Of a DNA stretch of 64,000 nucleotides, positions 49,594 through 58,807 are shown in pieces. The translations under genes were made by a program, and so were the position numbers. How positions within the stretch are numbered: position 1 is the stretch's first letter; every line of letters begins with the position of its first letter. A model generated the notes under the pieces. It saw only the letters and a list, made by a program, of their open reading frames with translations, did not search any database and was not told the origin of the DNA. The stretch is taken from the NCBI GenBank assembly GCA_016861205.1, contig BOKX01000001.1, forward strand, positions 264,539 to 328,538. The letters are read 5' to 3'. This DNA comes from Patescibacteria group bacterium (lineage in GTDB: Bacteria > Patescibacteriota > Microgenomatia > UBA1400 > PJMF01).

Positions 49594-49616
49594 CCCTCCA
49601 TCCGGAGGGTTTTTTT
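49594..49616. promoter_or_regulatory. GC hairpin (CCCTCC-atcc-GGAGGG) flanked by T8 upstream and T7 downstream. A bidirectional terminator-like or attenuator element in the polX / 49634-ORF intergenic region. A second 11-bp perfect inverted repeat lies at 49517-49553
   Basis: Seen directly in sequence. Confidence 0.4.
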
Positions 49617-49633
49617 GTGGTGGAAAGGAACAT

Positions 49634-50092
49634 ATGGCAGAAATACTCTGTCGTATTGTCAAAACCCCAGACGGCGAATACCTGGTCGACGTCAATGGCG
49701 GGTTGGTAGCAGCCGGTGAGGACCGTGAGATTTTTCATGAGCTGCATCAACGAGAGTCACAAGTTCGAAAAGATCAGGAAACTACAAGGGTGCTGTCGCG
49801 GATTAACACCCTGTTAAGCTGGGCCCCAACCGAGCTAAAACTCACTGAGTACCAAGTGGTGCTAACGCTGCTGTTTGAGAATGCCAGCAACTGGGTGACG
49901 CGGTATGTGTTAACAGATGGCCAACAGGAAATTTCCTATGACGATACGGGAACAGACGACAATGTTGTGTTGTTTGAACTACTCCAACTTTTAGCTAAAA
50001 ACCCTGATTCGCTATCCGTTGAAGTTCTGGGGGCTAAATTAGACGCACATCAAAGTTGGCAAGCGCGAGGTGAAACTGGTAACGCAATTTAA
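49634..50092 (+). CDS. Hypothetical protein (152 aa)
   Basis: ORF with GGAAAGGAAC RBS-like sequence upstream. No motif recognised. Confidence 0.5.
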   Translation: MAEILCRIVKTPDGEYLVDVNGGLVAAGEDREIFHELHQRESQVRKDQETTRVLSRINTLLSWAPTELKLTEYQVVLTLLFENASNWVTRYVLTDGQQEISYDDTGTDDNVVLFELLQLLAKNPDSLSVEVLGAKLDAHQSWQARGETGNAI

Positions 50093-50099
50093 CTCGAGC

Positions 50100-50128
50100 T
50101 TGGAAAACTGAAAAGCTTTAGGTATAAT
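50100..50128 (+). promoter_or_regulatory. Sigma70-like promoter for tRNA-Asp (TTGGAA - 17 nt - TATAAT)
   Basis: -35 TTGGAA 50100-50105. -10 TATAAT 50123-50128. tRNA starts 50139. Confidence 0.5.
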
Positions 50129-50138
50129 CCTAAGGCTT

Positions 50139-50214
50139 GGCCTCGTGGTGTAGTGGTTAACATGCCTCCCTGTCACGGAGGAGATCGCCGGTTCGACTCC
50201 GGTCGAGGTCGCCA
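50139..50214 (+). tRNA. tRNA-Asp (anticodon GUC), CCA encoded
   Basis: Acceptor GGCCTCG/CGAGGTC, anticodon stem CCTCC/GGAGG with loop CTGTCAC, T-arm GCCGGTTCGACTCCGGT, 3' GCCA. Confidence 0.88.
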
Positions 50215-50237
50215 AAAGTTCACCTTCCCAGAAACAG

Positions 50238-50879
50238 TTACCGCTTCAATTTTTTGAGTAGCAACAAGTTCACCAGCCCAGCCACTATGGTACCGGCTCC
50301 AGCGATGACGAGCATTTGGCGAAAGCCGAGCTGCAGAATCAAGTAACCACCAAGTCCAGCACCCAAGGCTGCCGATAAGTTGACCAGTGACTCATCGAAA
50401 CCCCACAAGGTGGCACTCGGTTTATGCTGAAGGAACTTGGCATAGAGAACTTTTTCAGCTGGTCCAGCCAAAGCACGGAACAATCCCAAAAAGAAGTGAA
50501 ACATGTACAAGTCCCAAGCGTTGCTAGCCATTGAGAAAGCAATAAATAAGACGCCTCGAGCCACATACCCTGTAATGATCAAAAATGCTTCATCTTTAAA
50601 GCCTTTGATGTAATCCGCCAGGTACCCAACCACTGGCTCGGACAAACCAAACGCCAAGTAGAAAATGAGCGATGAGATCCCAACTTCTGCTAAAGTCACA
50701 TCTTTCAGATCAGTAACAAAAAAGATACTCAGGAAAGGATTAATGAGATCAGCAGCTAACCAAAAAATCGCGTGCGAAAGTAGTAAAACTTGGGTCCCAA
50801 ACGGAATAAACGAACCAACGGGCAGATGTGGGCGGAACAACCGACTAAACAGCGGTGGCTTGCGTCGATGCAAGGACAT
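50238..50879 (-). CDS. Six-TM protein resembling the C-terminal half of an MFS transporter (possible truncated gene or remnant)
   Basis: Begins with a basic loop (MSLHRRKPPLFSRLF) like the MFS central cytoplasmic loop, followed by six hydrophobic helices. No N-terminal six-helix half upstream (a tRNA lies there instead). Confidence 0.45.
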   Translation of the reverse strand: MSLHRRKPPLFSRLFRPHLPVGSFIPFGTQVLLLSHAIFWLAADLINPFLSIFFVTDLKDVTLAEVGISSLIFYLAFGLSEPVVGYLADYIKGFKDEAFLIITGYVARGVLFIAFSMASNAWDLYMFHFFLGLFRALAGPAEKVLYAKFLQHKPSATLWGFDESLVNLSAALGAGLGGYLILQLGFRQMLVIAGAGTIVAGLVNLLLLKKLKR

Positions 50880-50985
50880 TGTCCCTTTTACTGTGACATG
50901 TTGAACGGACTGCCGTCAAGCTTGGTCTATCGGCCAAAGGCTGGGTTTGTTACAATAAGTGCTAGGCGATCTTCGTCGCACCAGT

Positions 50986-51056
50986 GCGGGATTAGTTCAC
51001 TGGTAGAATGCGTCCTTCCCAAGGATGAGAAGCGGGTTCGATTCCCGTATCCCGCT
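50986..51056 (+). tRNA. tRNA-Gly (anticodon CCC)
   Basis: Acceptor GCGGGAT/ATCCCGC, anticodon stem CGTCC/GGATG with loop TTCCCAA, T-arm GCGGGTTCGATTCCCGT. CCA not encoded. Confidence 0.82.
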
Positions 51057-51129
51057 CCCCTCGCCAAACCTCAAATTTACACAAACGTTGACCACCGCTA
51101 TGCTAGCTCATACGTGGGGGGGGGCATCT

Positions 51130-51372
51130 ATGGCTAACGAACAGTTACTTAACCTAGCAGATTTTGAAGCTTCCAAGCAAAAGCCAGAGTTTACCTTCAA
51201 GGGCTGGGTCGGCTCAACAAACGTGACCACGCAAGTCATGTACATGTTCTTTGACCAAGTTAAACAGTATGGTGAAAGTCAACCTGCACAACTTAGCCCT
51301 GATAAAGCAACTGCTTACATAGATGCACTCGTCCAAAAGTTTGAGCAAGCAATTCAAACAACGTTCGGCTAG
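51130..51372 (+). CDS. Small hypothetical protein (~80 aa)
   Basis: Start MANEQLL at 51130. The track ORF from 51025 overlaps tRNA-Gly and is an over-extension. A G9 homopolymer (51116-51124) sits in the RBS position. Confidence 0.4.
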   Translation: MANEQLLNLADFEASKQKPEFTFKGWVGSTNVTTQVMYMFFDQVKQYGESQPAQLSPDKATAYIDALVQKFEQAIQTTFG

Positions 51373-51419
51373 ATATTCAGGATTTGCATCTTCAAAAATC
51401 ATGGCATACTAGTTGGACC

Positions 51420-52040
51420 ATGATCGAAAACGTCATCTTTGACTACAACGGCGTCATCTCCAATGATTTCGAACTGGTGTACCAAACGGCTATGCAGTTA
51501 CTGCAGAAGTATGGTCATGAAACACTGCCGTTCGCTGAGTTCAAAGATAGGTTCCGCCTGCCGGCTGCTGTGTATTGGCATGAAATACTGCCTGATGCCA
51601 ACTTTGATGAACTCAATGCTTCGTTCTTTGAGATTTACTCCAGTCTAGGCTCACCTCAGCCTTACCCCAACGCCAAAGCAACTCTGGAATCACTGGCTGA
51701 CCAGGGTTACAAACTCGTCATCTTGAGCGCCCACCATCAAGAAAACCTTCTGCGTGAGCTAGCCACTTTTGGTATCGATAGCCGGTTGTTCGCTGCCATT
51801 TACACCGATGTCAAAAACAAACTGGAAGTCATCGAGCATGTCCTGGCTGAAAATCAGATGCTACCCGAACAAACCGCCTACATTGGTGACACCGAACACG
51901 ATATTGAGACTGCCCACAAAGCTGGATTGCTCGCTATCGCTTCCACCTTTGGCTATCGGACTCGTGAACAACTGGCCACCCAACAACCTGACTATTTTGT
52001 CGATGATATTAGTGAGTTGACAGGAGTGATCAATCCCTGA
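51420..52040 (+). CDS. HAD-superfamily hydrolase (phosphatase-like)
   Basis: Motif I variant VIFDYNGV. Motif [19 protein letters not shown]. Start taken at MIENV (51420). Confidence 0.72.
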   Translation: MIENVIFDYNGVISNDFELVYQTAMQLLQKYGHETLPFAEFKDRFRLPAAVYWHEILPDANFDELNASFFEIYSSLGSPQPYPNAKATLESLADQGYKLVILSAHHQENLLRELATFGIDSRLFAAIYTDVKNKLEVIEHVLAENQMLPEQTAYIGDTEHDIETAHKAGLLAIASTFGYRTREQLATQQPDYFVDDISELTGVINP

Positions 52041-52130
52041 CCAACCCTCTACCAAACTTCGTCACATCAAACGCCAGTACGACCCCACCAACCTATTCCG
52101 ACTGAACTTTAACGTGCCTCCGGCTGAGAC

Positions 52131-53429
52131 TTAGTTTTTGAGTGAGAGCGCCTCAAATGTTGGTTCTGCGCCTGGTTCTTGACTGTGCAAGTTCAAGATG
52201 ATGAGTTGGCCATCATTGAGCTTGGCAAAGGTAGGCTTAAAGTCCATCTCAAACTCACGACTGGCCACCGCCTCCTTGAGCACCTGAACATGTTGCTGAC
52301 TATCGCAAACCATAATTAACCGCTGCAAATCGGCAAAATTCTGGTTACCACCATGAGGATGCACTTTGTGTACAACTGCATAAAATGCCTCCGCCAAAGC
52401 ACACATCACCGTTGGGACAGATGGAATTGAAGCAGCCGAACGAAACACATTATCAGGTCGCGCTTCGCTACCCGCTACATGAGGCAGTAGCACACCATTG
52501 TGCAGACAAATCGCATTCTCTCCAAATGACACGATAACATTCTCTGGACTTTGGATACGGTCAGACCGCGCCGGCAGCGCGAGTGGGACAGTCAAATTTT
52601 GAGTTCGCAAACTAGCGTACTCCGAAGGAAAAATCAGTTCCTTACGTTGATGGTCATAATTGGCGGCGGCCACTACACAGCTGGCAAAAATAGCTTTGAA
52701 CTCATCTGCCAGTAAATAGTTGCCGACTCTATCCCAAGTATCAAGCAAATTTGCATGCATCTCGAAAGAGGTGTTTCGATATGCAGCCCGAACAATAAGC
52801 CGACGCGGCAGACCTGTCTGTCGGCTCAACTCGGTAACTAAGCTCATTATGTGGGGAATCTTCTGGTCCAAAAATTCGAGCGACACTCGATCTGGCGCTG
52901 CCTTGGGATTGTTCGTTTTACGTTTGTACTCTCTCGTCCACCAAAGCAACTCTTCACGAATCTGACTCAGCTCTGTCTTGTACTCTGAAAAAAACTTTCG
53001 CAGGCCACAGGAAACGCAACTCGCCTCATGACTGTGAGAACTCTTAATCTCCTCTGTATCCCCATGTTGTGTGACTAGAATTTTTAGTTTGCCAGGATTA
53101 ACTCCCCACTTCTCGAGAGTTTTCATTACACCTCGCAAACGCGATCGACTTGGGACTCCGCCACCAATTGTGGGTATACCTACATACATTACCCGCTGCT
53201 TACTACCATCAACCATGGTGTGCAGTTGCACACCACTTGGCAAAACCACTCGACTGTCTGAACACACCAGCGTGATCACCACGCTGTCAGCTTCCAGTAG
53301 CTGTTGTTTGTAGCGTTCAATCCGAGAAAGCATCCCTTCAATTTCTAAATCAAGATGTGAGTGTTCAGCAACAGCGACCATGGGCATGTCTCCGCTATGA
53401 TATGACGCAGGTACTATATCTCTACACAA
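52131..53429 (-). CDS. Hypothetical protein; N-terminal region has a beta-carbonic-anhydrase-like CSDSR motif
   Basis: [12 protein letters not shown] resembles the beta-CA CxDxR active-site motif. At 432 aa the protein is twice beta-CA length and the rest is unassigned. Confidence 0.4.
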   Translation of the reverse strand: MCRDIVPASYHSGDMPMVAVAEHSHLDLEIEGMLSRIERYKQQLLEADSVVITLVCSDSRVVLPSGVQLHTMVDGSKQRVMYVGIPTIGGGVPSRSRLRGVMKTLEKWGVNPGKLKILVTQHGDTEEIKSSHSHEASCVSCGLRKFFSEYKTELSQIREELLWWTREYKRKTNNPKAAPDRVSLEFLDQKIPHIMSLVTELSRQTGLPRRLIVRAAYRNTSFEMHANLLDTWDRVGNYLLADEFKAIFASCVVAAANYDHQRKELIFPSEYASLRTQNLTVPLALPARSDRIQSPENVIVSFGENAICLHNGVLLPHVAGSEARPDNVFRSAASIPSVPTVMCALAEAFYAVVHKVHPHGGNQNFADLQRLIMVCDSQQHVQVLKEAVASREFEMDFKPTFAKLNDGQLIILNLHSQEPGAEPTFEALSLKN

Positions 53430-53537
53430 TCAATGCGTATGTAATTTTCATTACAGTTGAGCAGACGAGCTCTAAAAGTGGTAGGATGACTGCACTAAGT
53501 GCTACCTAGGATACAACTCGCCTAGAGAAAGGATACT

Positions 53538-54134
53538 GTGATTTCAGTTCGCACTACAGCTGTGCTTGGCTTAGTAGCAACGCTACTTCTGATCTCCAAC
53601 ACCTCGGCTATTGCCGCTACTGCTAGTCCAGCCATGCGTTACCAAGAACGTCGGGACACAGTAATTGAAAGGGCTGAGACCCGTCAAGAGAATCGCCTCG
53701 AGCGTCGCGAAGAGGTTGAGGAAAACATGCTTGAACGACAAGGTGAGCGTCAAGAGCGCCGCCAAGAACGACGAGACGACTTCGCCGAGCGACATGCAGA
53801 ACGACTCACGAACCGTTTTACCTTTTACTATGAGCGACTGAGCACTGTCATGAGCAAGCTCAAAACTCGATTTGAGGCAATGGCTAAAGAAGGCAAAAAC
53901 GTGGCTGCAGCTCAAGCAAAATTGACCGAAGCTCAAACAGCCTTGACTAAAGCCAAATCTTTATCCGATCAAGCTATAGCTGCATTTAAGAGTATTGATC
54001 CCGCCCAGTACGAGTCACAACGCGAAGTGGCACTCAAAGCTAGAGACTTAGCGATGCAGGCGCGCGAGCAGTTTAAAACTGCTGTTGAGCTGCTTCGAGA
54101 ATCAGTAAAACTAGCTAAGGAAGCAAGCATTTAA
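53538..54134 (+). CDS. Secreted Glu/Arg/Gln-rich coiled-coil protein
   Basis: GTG start with AGGA RBS and signal peptide (VLGLVATLLLISNTSAIAA). Then a repetitive ERRxE / ERQxERRQ region and an Ala/Lys-rich helical C-terminus. Confidence 0.55.
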   Translation: MISVRTTAVLGLVATLLLISNTSAIAATASPAMRYQERRDTVIERAETRQENRLERREEVEENMLERQGERQERRQERRDDFAERHAERLTNRFTFYYERLSTVMSKLKTRFEAMAKEGKNVAAAQAKLTEAQTALTKAKSLSDQAIAAFKSIDPAQYESQREVALKARDLAMQAREQFKTAVELLRESVKLAKEASI

Positions 54135-54160
54135 TAACAATCACTTCCATAAGGATACCT

Positions 54161-54454
54161 ATGCAAAAATCTGGCTATTTACTCTTAGGTGGTTTAGTTG
54201 TGATCTTAGCTCTAGCTGCGGCCGTGTTTTATCAATACCGGCCAGTCACACAGCCAGCGAATACCGAGTCGCTTATGCAGAAAGAAACAGTATCCAGCTC
54301 ACCTGCCGCGACTGTGGTGGATCAGCAATCCGGTGAGGTAGATCAAACAGCTTTTGAGAAAGAGCAGCAAGTTAGCAAGGATACGTCTTTGACGACCATT
54401 GATACAGAACTCAACAACACCGTTATCTTACAAGAAGACTTTTCAGACTTGTAA
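54161..54454 (+). CDS. Small membrane-anchored hypothetical protein
   Basis: N-terminal TM (YLLLGGLVVILALAAAVF) then an acidic/polar tail. Confidence 0.4.
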   Translation: MQKSGYLLLGGLVVILALAAAVFYQYRPVTQPANTESLMQKETVSSSPAATVVDQQSGEVDQTAFEKEQQVSKDTSLTTIDTELNNTVILQEDFSDL

Positions 54455-54504
54455 ACTGAGTTTTGTTTCGCAACAGCGGGGGTGCTGATTTTAGCTTTCC
54501 CAGG

Positions 54505-54510
54505 TATAAT
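54505..54510 (+). promoter_or_regulatory. TATAAT -10 element 12 nt upstream of tRNA-Thr
   Basis: Seen directly in sequence. Confidence 0.4.
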
Positions 54511-54522
54511 AGGCTCAACTGT

Positions 54523-54596
54523 GCCTGTGTAGCTCAGATGGCCAGAGCAGCGGTATCGTAAACCGCGGGTCGTCGGTTCGATTCCGACCACAGGCT
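54523..54596 (+). tRNA. tRNA-Thr (anticodon CGU)
   Basis: Acceptor GCCTGTG/CACAGGC, D-arm GCTCAGATGGCCAGAGC, anticodon stem GCGGT/ACCGC with loop ATCGTAA, T-arm GTCGGTTCGATTCCGAC. Confidence 0.88.
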
Positions 54597-54647
54597 CTTA
54601 TGACGCGTGATACACTGTATCCATCATCTATCAACGAGCAAACGACT

Positions 54648-55355
54648 ATGGTAACTTCTCGCTTGGCAAAACGTGAACAAAAACAACTCATTGTCCAAAC
54701 TGTCGCCTTGTTTGTAGGCACAATTGTTTTACTTCTCGCTTTCATTTTTGTAATCCTACCTGGTGTTGCTCGAGTCTGGAGCCAAATTACCGGAACTGGC
54801 TTGAGTGGCATTGATAATGAAGATACTTTTGCTCCACAGGTGCCTATTCTGGCCGCTCCAGTTTCAGCCACAAAAAGTGCTGAGCTTAAGTTATCAGGCT
54901 ATGGTGAGGCAGACAGCCAGCTCAAAGTTGTGGTGAATGGTGAAGCTAAAACTGAAGACAAGATCAAAAATGATGGAACCTTTGAAGTATCTCTGACTCT
55001 GACAACAGGTGAGAATGTCATCACTGCCTACGCGGTTGACACGGCAGGTAATGAATCGGAAGCCAGTCGTAGTTACACTGTGGTGTTTGACAATGAGGCT
55101 CCAAAACTTGAGATTAGCGAACCCCAAAATGGTCAAAGCATTGAACTACGTAAAAATCAGCAGCTGAGCATCAAAGGCACAACTGAACCTCACGCTCGGG
55201 TGTCAGTTAACGGTCGAACCGTGCTCGCCAATAGCGAAGGTGCTTTCAGCACCACCTATCTCTTGCAAGAGGGAGAAAACAAGTTCCAGCTCAAAGCTGA
55301 AGACCAGGCCGGAAACGTCACTGAACAAGAGTTAATCGTTAACTACCGTTTTTAA
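54648..55355 (+). CDS. Membrane-anchored protein with extracellular Ig-like (bacterial Ig / invasin-like) beta domains
   Basis: Start taken at MVTSRLAKREQ (the track ORF begins at 54600, abutting the tRNA). TM anchor. Repeated beta-strand-rich segments (..SVNGRTVLANSEGAFSTTYLLQEGENKFQLKAEDQAGN..) like Ig-fold adhesin domains. Confidence 0.45.
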   Translation: MVTSRLAKREQKQLIVQTVALFVGTIVLLLAFIFVILPGVARVWSQITGTGLSGIDNEDTFAPQVPILAAPVSATKSAELKLSGYGEADSQLKVVVNGEAKTEDKIKNDGTFEVSLTLTTGENVITAYAVDTAGNESEASRSYTVVFDNEAPKLEISEPQNGQSIELRKNQQLSIKGTTEPHARVSVNGRTVLANSEGAFSTTYLLQEGENKFQLKAEDQAGNVTEQELIVNYRF

Positions 55356-56559
55356 CCGATTGCTGCTCAAGCCTGTAGTGACTCAATAGCAATCCCCCCA
55401 AACTGAGGAATGTAAAGGGTTGCCACAAACTGTTGCTAAATAAACTGTGCAGCAACCACATTGCCCCAATAACACTCCCTACTTTGTCACGGTGCCACCA
55501 GAACCACCCGAGTTGGGCAAGCATCACCCACCAAACTGCTGCCCCCACCCAACCAAAACTCATAATCGAAAACAACAAACTATTGTCCGCCTGTCGACCG
55601 TGATCGGCAACAGCGTTACTCTCTGTACCTGGAACTACAGGCAAAGGCACAAAGACACCTCGACCGACCACATTCTGCAATCCAACTAAACTAGTAAGGC
55701 TCTGTTCCCAAATTCCTTGCCGAGCCACGATGGTTGAAGTTCGAGTTAAAACCACGCCTTCCCCAGTTGGTTTGGGAGCCCACCAGACACTGGCAGCCCA
55801 AATCACAGCTGTCACTATCCACATTTTTCGCTCTGCTTTTGGTAACCACCACCAGGTTCCCACCCAGCCGACAGCCAGAGCCAAGTAACTAGACCTGGAA
55901 AAGGTCAAGGCTACCACACTGCCAAGTAAGATAACTATCACATCACGCGCTTGCCTCCACTGCTTCCGGTTTGGTTGCCAGGCCGTTAAACTAATCGCAC
56001 TCGCAGCAACCACGAGACCTGTAAACGTCGGATCCAGCCAAGTACTAACCAAGCGATAATAGTGGTCGTCCCAACCCAAAATGCTTAAAAAGCGTGTGTC
56101 TGGTATGAGCACGTACTGCCAGACACCCAGGTACGCTACCCCGATGCCCACTGTGACCCACCCCAGCCAAAGCCAAAGTGGCTTTAAACCTACATACCAC
56201 GTGCTGAGTCCCAAACAAATTGCGTACACCACAATCCTGCTAAGATACAAACTTGCCGTCAAAATCGAGTGCCCACTCAGTACTGCCAGGTTTAGTCCCA
56301 GCAGCACAATTCCCAACCAAATCAAAGCCACCGGATAGTGCTTCGGTGAAAGCTGCCTGACAACTCGCCACCAATCACGCCGATGGCACCAGCCCAACCA
56401 AACTAGGAGCATCACGGCCAGTAAATCATGAGGGTAGACTGCAATGTTGCTGCTCACCTGCCAACGCAACAGTTGTCCCAAGATCAACGTCACCCAAATC
56501 GCCACCATCATGCCTTGAATCAATTGAGATAACTGGAGTTGGTGCTTACTTTTTGCCAC
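55339..56559 (-). CDS. O-antigen ligase/polymerase-like (Wzy/WaaL-family) polytopic membrane protein
   Basis: About 10-12 TM helices with a central larger loop (..TFSRSSYLALAVGWVG..). Assignment by topology and operon context only. Confidence 0.45.
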   Translation of the reverse strand: MAKSKHQLQLSQLIQGMMVAIWVTLILGQLLRWQVSSNIAVYPHDLLAVMLLVWLGWCHRRDWWRVVRQLSPKHYPVALIWLGIVLLGLNLAVLSGHSILTASLYLSRIVVYAICLGLSTWYVGLKPLWLWLGWVTVGIGVAYLGVWQYVLIPDTRFLSILGWDDHYYRLVSTWLDPTFTGLVVAASAISLTAWQPNRKQWRQARDVIVILLGSVVALTFSRSSYLALAVGWVGTWWWLPKAERKMWIVTAVIWAASVWWAPKPTGEGVVLTRTSTIVARQGIWEQSLTSLVGLQNVVGRGVFVPLPVVPGTESNAVADHGRQADNSLLFSIMSFGWVGAAVWWVMLAQLGWFWWHRDKVGSVIGAMWLLHSLFSNSLWQPFTFLSLGGLLLSHYRLEQQSVKNGS

Positions 56560-57304
56560 GTTGCATCTCCCACCAATACACCCTCACTGCTAGAGAATGG
56601 ACACTCATCAGTGTCGCATACACCACCCCTCGCCAGCCATCGCGCCAACCAGAATTGATGAGCATATTGGCCAACCACTTACCTGGCGGGAAGAGCAACG
56701 TTTGGATCATTGACCATCGTTGGTTGTTTCGAACCCGTTCTTTGGCCTCAATCCAGGCGTACTCGCTTATTTTTGTCCAAAACCCAGCAATACTCTGGTG
56801 GGCAGAGTGTTGAATGACTATCGAACTCCGATGACTTGGGCCATTTACAGCGGCTACTTCATGGACAACACCAAACCACCGCAGAAACTGTTTTTGGCCG
56901 AATCTCGTCAGCCATTGATGACGAAGTTCTCCCCATTGGACAGTTTGACCATGAAAAATATCCACTCGTTTAAAAGACCACCCAACCGCCGCTGTGTCTG
57001 TCATCATTTTTTGGAAAACTTTTTCGGAGTTCTTGGCCAATACCTCATCGCTATCAAGCCATAAAACCCACGCCTGTGTTGCCTGTCGCTGGGCTCGGTT
57101 TCGCACAGCCGAAAAGTTATGCACTTTGCCTGGCTGAGGAATGACTTTCAGCTGAGGAAAACGGAGCTTTAATCGACTCCAGTTACCACCTTGTGTTGTG
57201 TCGATCACGATCAATTCGCTGCACCACGATATCGAATCCAGAGCCGATTGAAGCGCATCATCAATCCGATGGGTCAAAATCATGCCAGTAATTGGTAACG
57301 TCAT
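56546..57304 (-). CDS. Family-2 glycosyltransferase (GT-A)
   Basis: ILTHRIDDALQSALDSI...LIVIDT and WLDSDE (DxD) motifs. Confidence 0.78.
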   Translation of the reverse strand: MTLPITGMILTHRIDDALQSALDSISWCSELIVIDTTQGGNWSRLKLRFPQLKVIPQPGKVHNFSAVRNRAQRQATQAWVLWLDSDEVLAKNSEKVFQKMMTDTAAVGWSFKRVDIFHGQTVQWGELRHQWLTRFGQKQFLRWFGVVHEVAAVNGPSHRSSIVIQHSAHQSIAGFWTKISEYAWIEAKERVRNNQRWSMIQTLLFPPGKWLANMLINSGWRDGWRGVVYATLMSVHSLAVRVYWWEMQRGKK

Positions 57305-58806
57305 AGATCAGGAATAATAACTAATTGCACTGTATCTAAGATTAATCGTGTCGCATTGGGATAGGTGCTCAGCTGACTGTCTAAGGGCTCCACAAACACA
57401 ACTGGTTCCGGGAAAGCTGCGTTCCTTTCTGCACTGATCCGTAAATCAGTATTTTGTGCCAACCATGTCCAGTTTTGAAAGTGGCTTGGGTACATGCTGC
57501 CCGGACCAGTAGTTCTTAAAACTACTCGAGAGTAACCTGCATCAAGTAACATTTGTATGCCTGCCTTAATCTCTCCATTGCCAGCCCCATAACTAAAACT
57601 TTGCTGTGGCAAACTAACAAAGAACTGCGCGCGGGTAATCATGATCACTGTATAGGCACTCCATCCTAGTAAACCTAACCAACTCATGAACCTAAATCGG
57701 CGAGGAACTTGAGTGACTCCCCAACCCAACCAAATTGCCAACAAGGTTAAGAATGGCGGAAAGTGCGCTTCAGATGGTGAACCATGCATTAAGAATGCCA
57801 ACCAGAGGGATGCACTCGCCACCAGCACAATCTCCATAAGCTCAGGCAGTTTTTGTCGCTGTGCTAGTTGCCAGGCGTGCCACCCAGACCATATTCCAAA
57901 CATCAGCCACAACACCCCCAGCCACAGTTCATCAACACTAACCATTCGCAAACTATAGGTTCCCGTGTTCGTCAAAAATGTGGTAATTTTGTGCCAACTA
58001 AAACTATGTGCAGTGCTGCCAACCCCAACAGATCCAGCTGTCCTGTACAACACCCAAGCCGCAAATCCACCTAGCTGAGCTAAACGATGTGTGAGGTCAT
58101 ACCAAAGTTGCGGCCACAGGCCTACCACGACACCTGCCATCAGCTGCACCAGCGTCTGTGGCAACTGTCGGCGAGCTGCCACTCGATGAGTTTGCCATTC
58201 TCGCCGCCACCAGATATACAACATGACCAATAGGAGTGGTGCAGTTGCCAGTTCAAACTGAAAAACAATTGCCCAACTCAAACTCAGCCACCACCACCGC
58301 CACTTACCTCGCCGCTGCCAAGCCCTCACAGCCAAGTAAAGAAATATCACCATGACTAGTGGCAAAGGAGTAATGTGGTAAGGAACTCGACCATGAGCCA
58401 CCGCCAATGGCGATACAGCTAGCCACAAACTAGCTGCATAGGCAGTTTGCTTGTTGAGCTGGGTGACGCAAAGTTCATACACACCAACTACCGCCGCCAG
58501 ACTAATCGCCGCAAACACCAACGAAAAAGGTAGCAGCTGCGGACCAAATCCAGCGTACACCACCATCTCGATCCAAACCGTCAGGGGTCCTTGTTTAAAT
58601 CGAGGCACACTCGACGCGATTCCCAGCAGCGGTAGTTCACGATGCTCAACAGCCTGTTTAGCTGACCATAAGTCATGGGCTGCATCACCAAAAAAAATAC
58701 TATTCTCGGTCAACTGCCAAGTTCGCAACCATGTTGCCAACACCACAATCGCCACGATTGGCCAGTGCTCTTTCAACAAAACAAACCCCGTGTGCCACTT
58801 TTTCAT
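57301..58806 (-). CDS. GT-C-fold membrane glycosyltransferase (ArnT/PMT/GT83-39-like)
   Basis: About 12 TM helices. N-terminal loop with FFGDAAHD (Asp-containing motif in the first periplasmic loop). 501 aa. Confidence 0.55.
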   Translation of the reverse strand: MKKWHTGFVLLKEHWPIVAIVVLATWLRTWQLTENSIFFGDAAHDLWSAKQAVEHRELPLLGIASSVPRFKQGPLTVWIEMVVYAGFGPQLLPFSLVFAAISLAAVVGVYELCVTQLNKQTAYAASLWLAVSPLAVAHGRVPYHITPLPLVMVIFLYLAVRAWQRRGKWRWWWLSLSWAIVFQFELATAPLLLVMLYIWWRREWQTHRVAARRQLPQTLVQLMAGVVVGLWPQLWYDLTHRLAQLGGFAAWVLYRTAGSVGVGSTAHSFSWHKITTFLTNTGTYSLRMVSVDELWLGVLWLMFGIWSGWHAWQLAQRQKLPELMEIVLVASASLWLAFLMHGSPSEAHFPPFLTLLAIWLGWGVTQVPRRFRFMSWLGLLGWSAYTVIMITRAQFFVSLPQQSFSYGAGNGEIKAGIQMLLDAGYSRVVLRTTGPGSMYPSHFQNWTWLAQNTDLRISAERNAAFPEPVVFVEPLDSQLSTYPNATRLILDTVQLVIIPDL

Positions 58807-58807
58807 C

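Noticed and set aside
49454-49750. First ~100 codons of track ORF 48419..49750
   Set aside because: The PolX 8-kDa domain begins at MQLALHKK. The upstream part spans hairpin-rich intergenic sequence and is most likely non-coding.
50139-51056. tRNA cluster as an integrated mobile element or genomic island
   Set aside because: No integrase, transposase, phage gene or tRNA 3'-end direct repeat was found nearby. Only the truncated MFS gene hints at past rearrangement.
54343-54871. Minus-strand ORFs overlapping tRNA-Thr and the small membrane protein gene
   Set aside because: They run through a tRNA gene and have no motifs. Treated as spurious.
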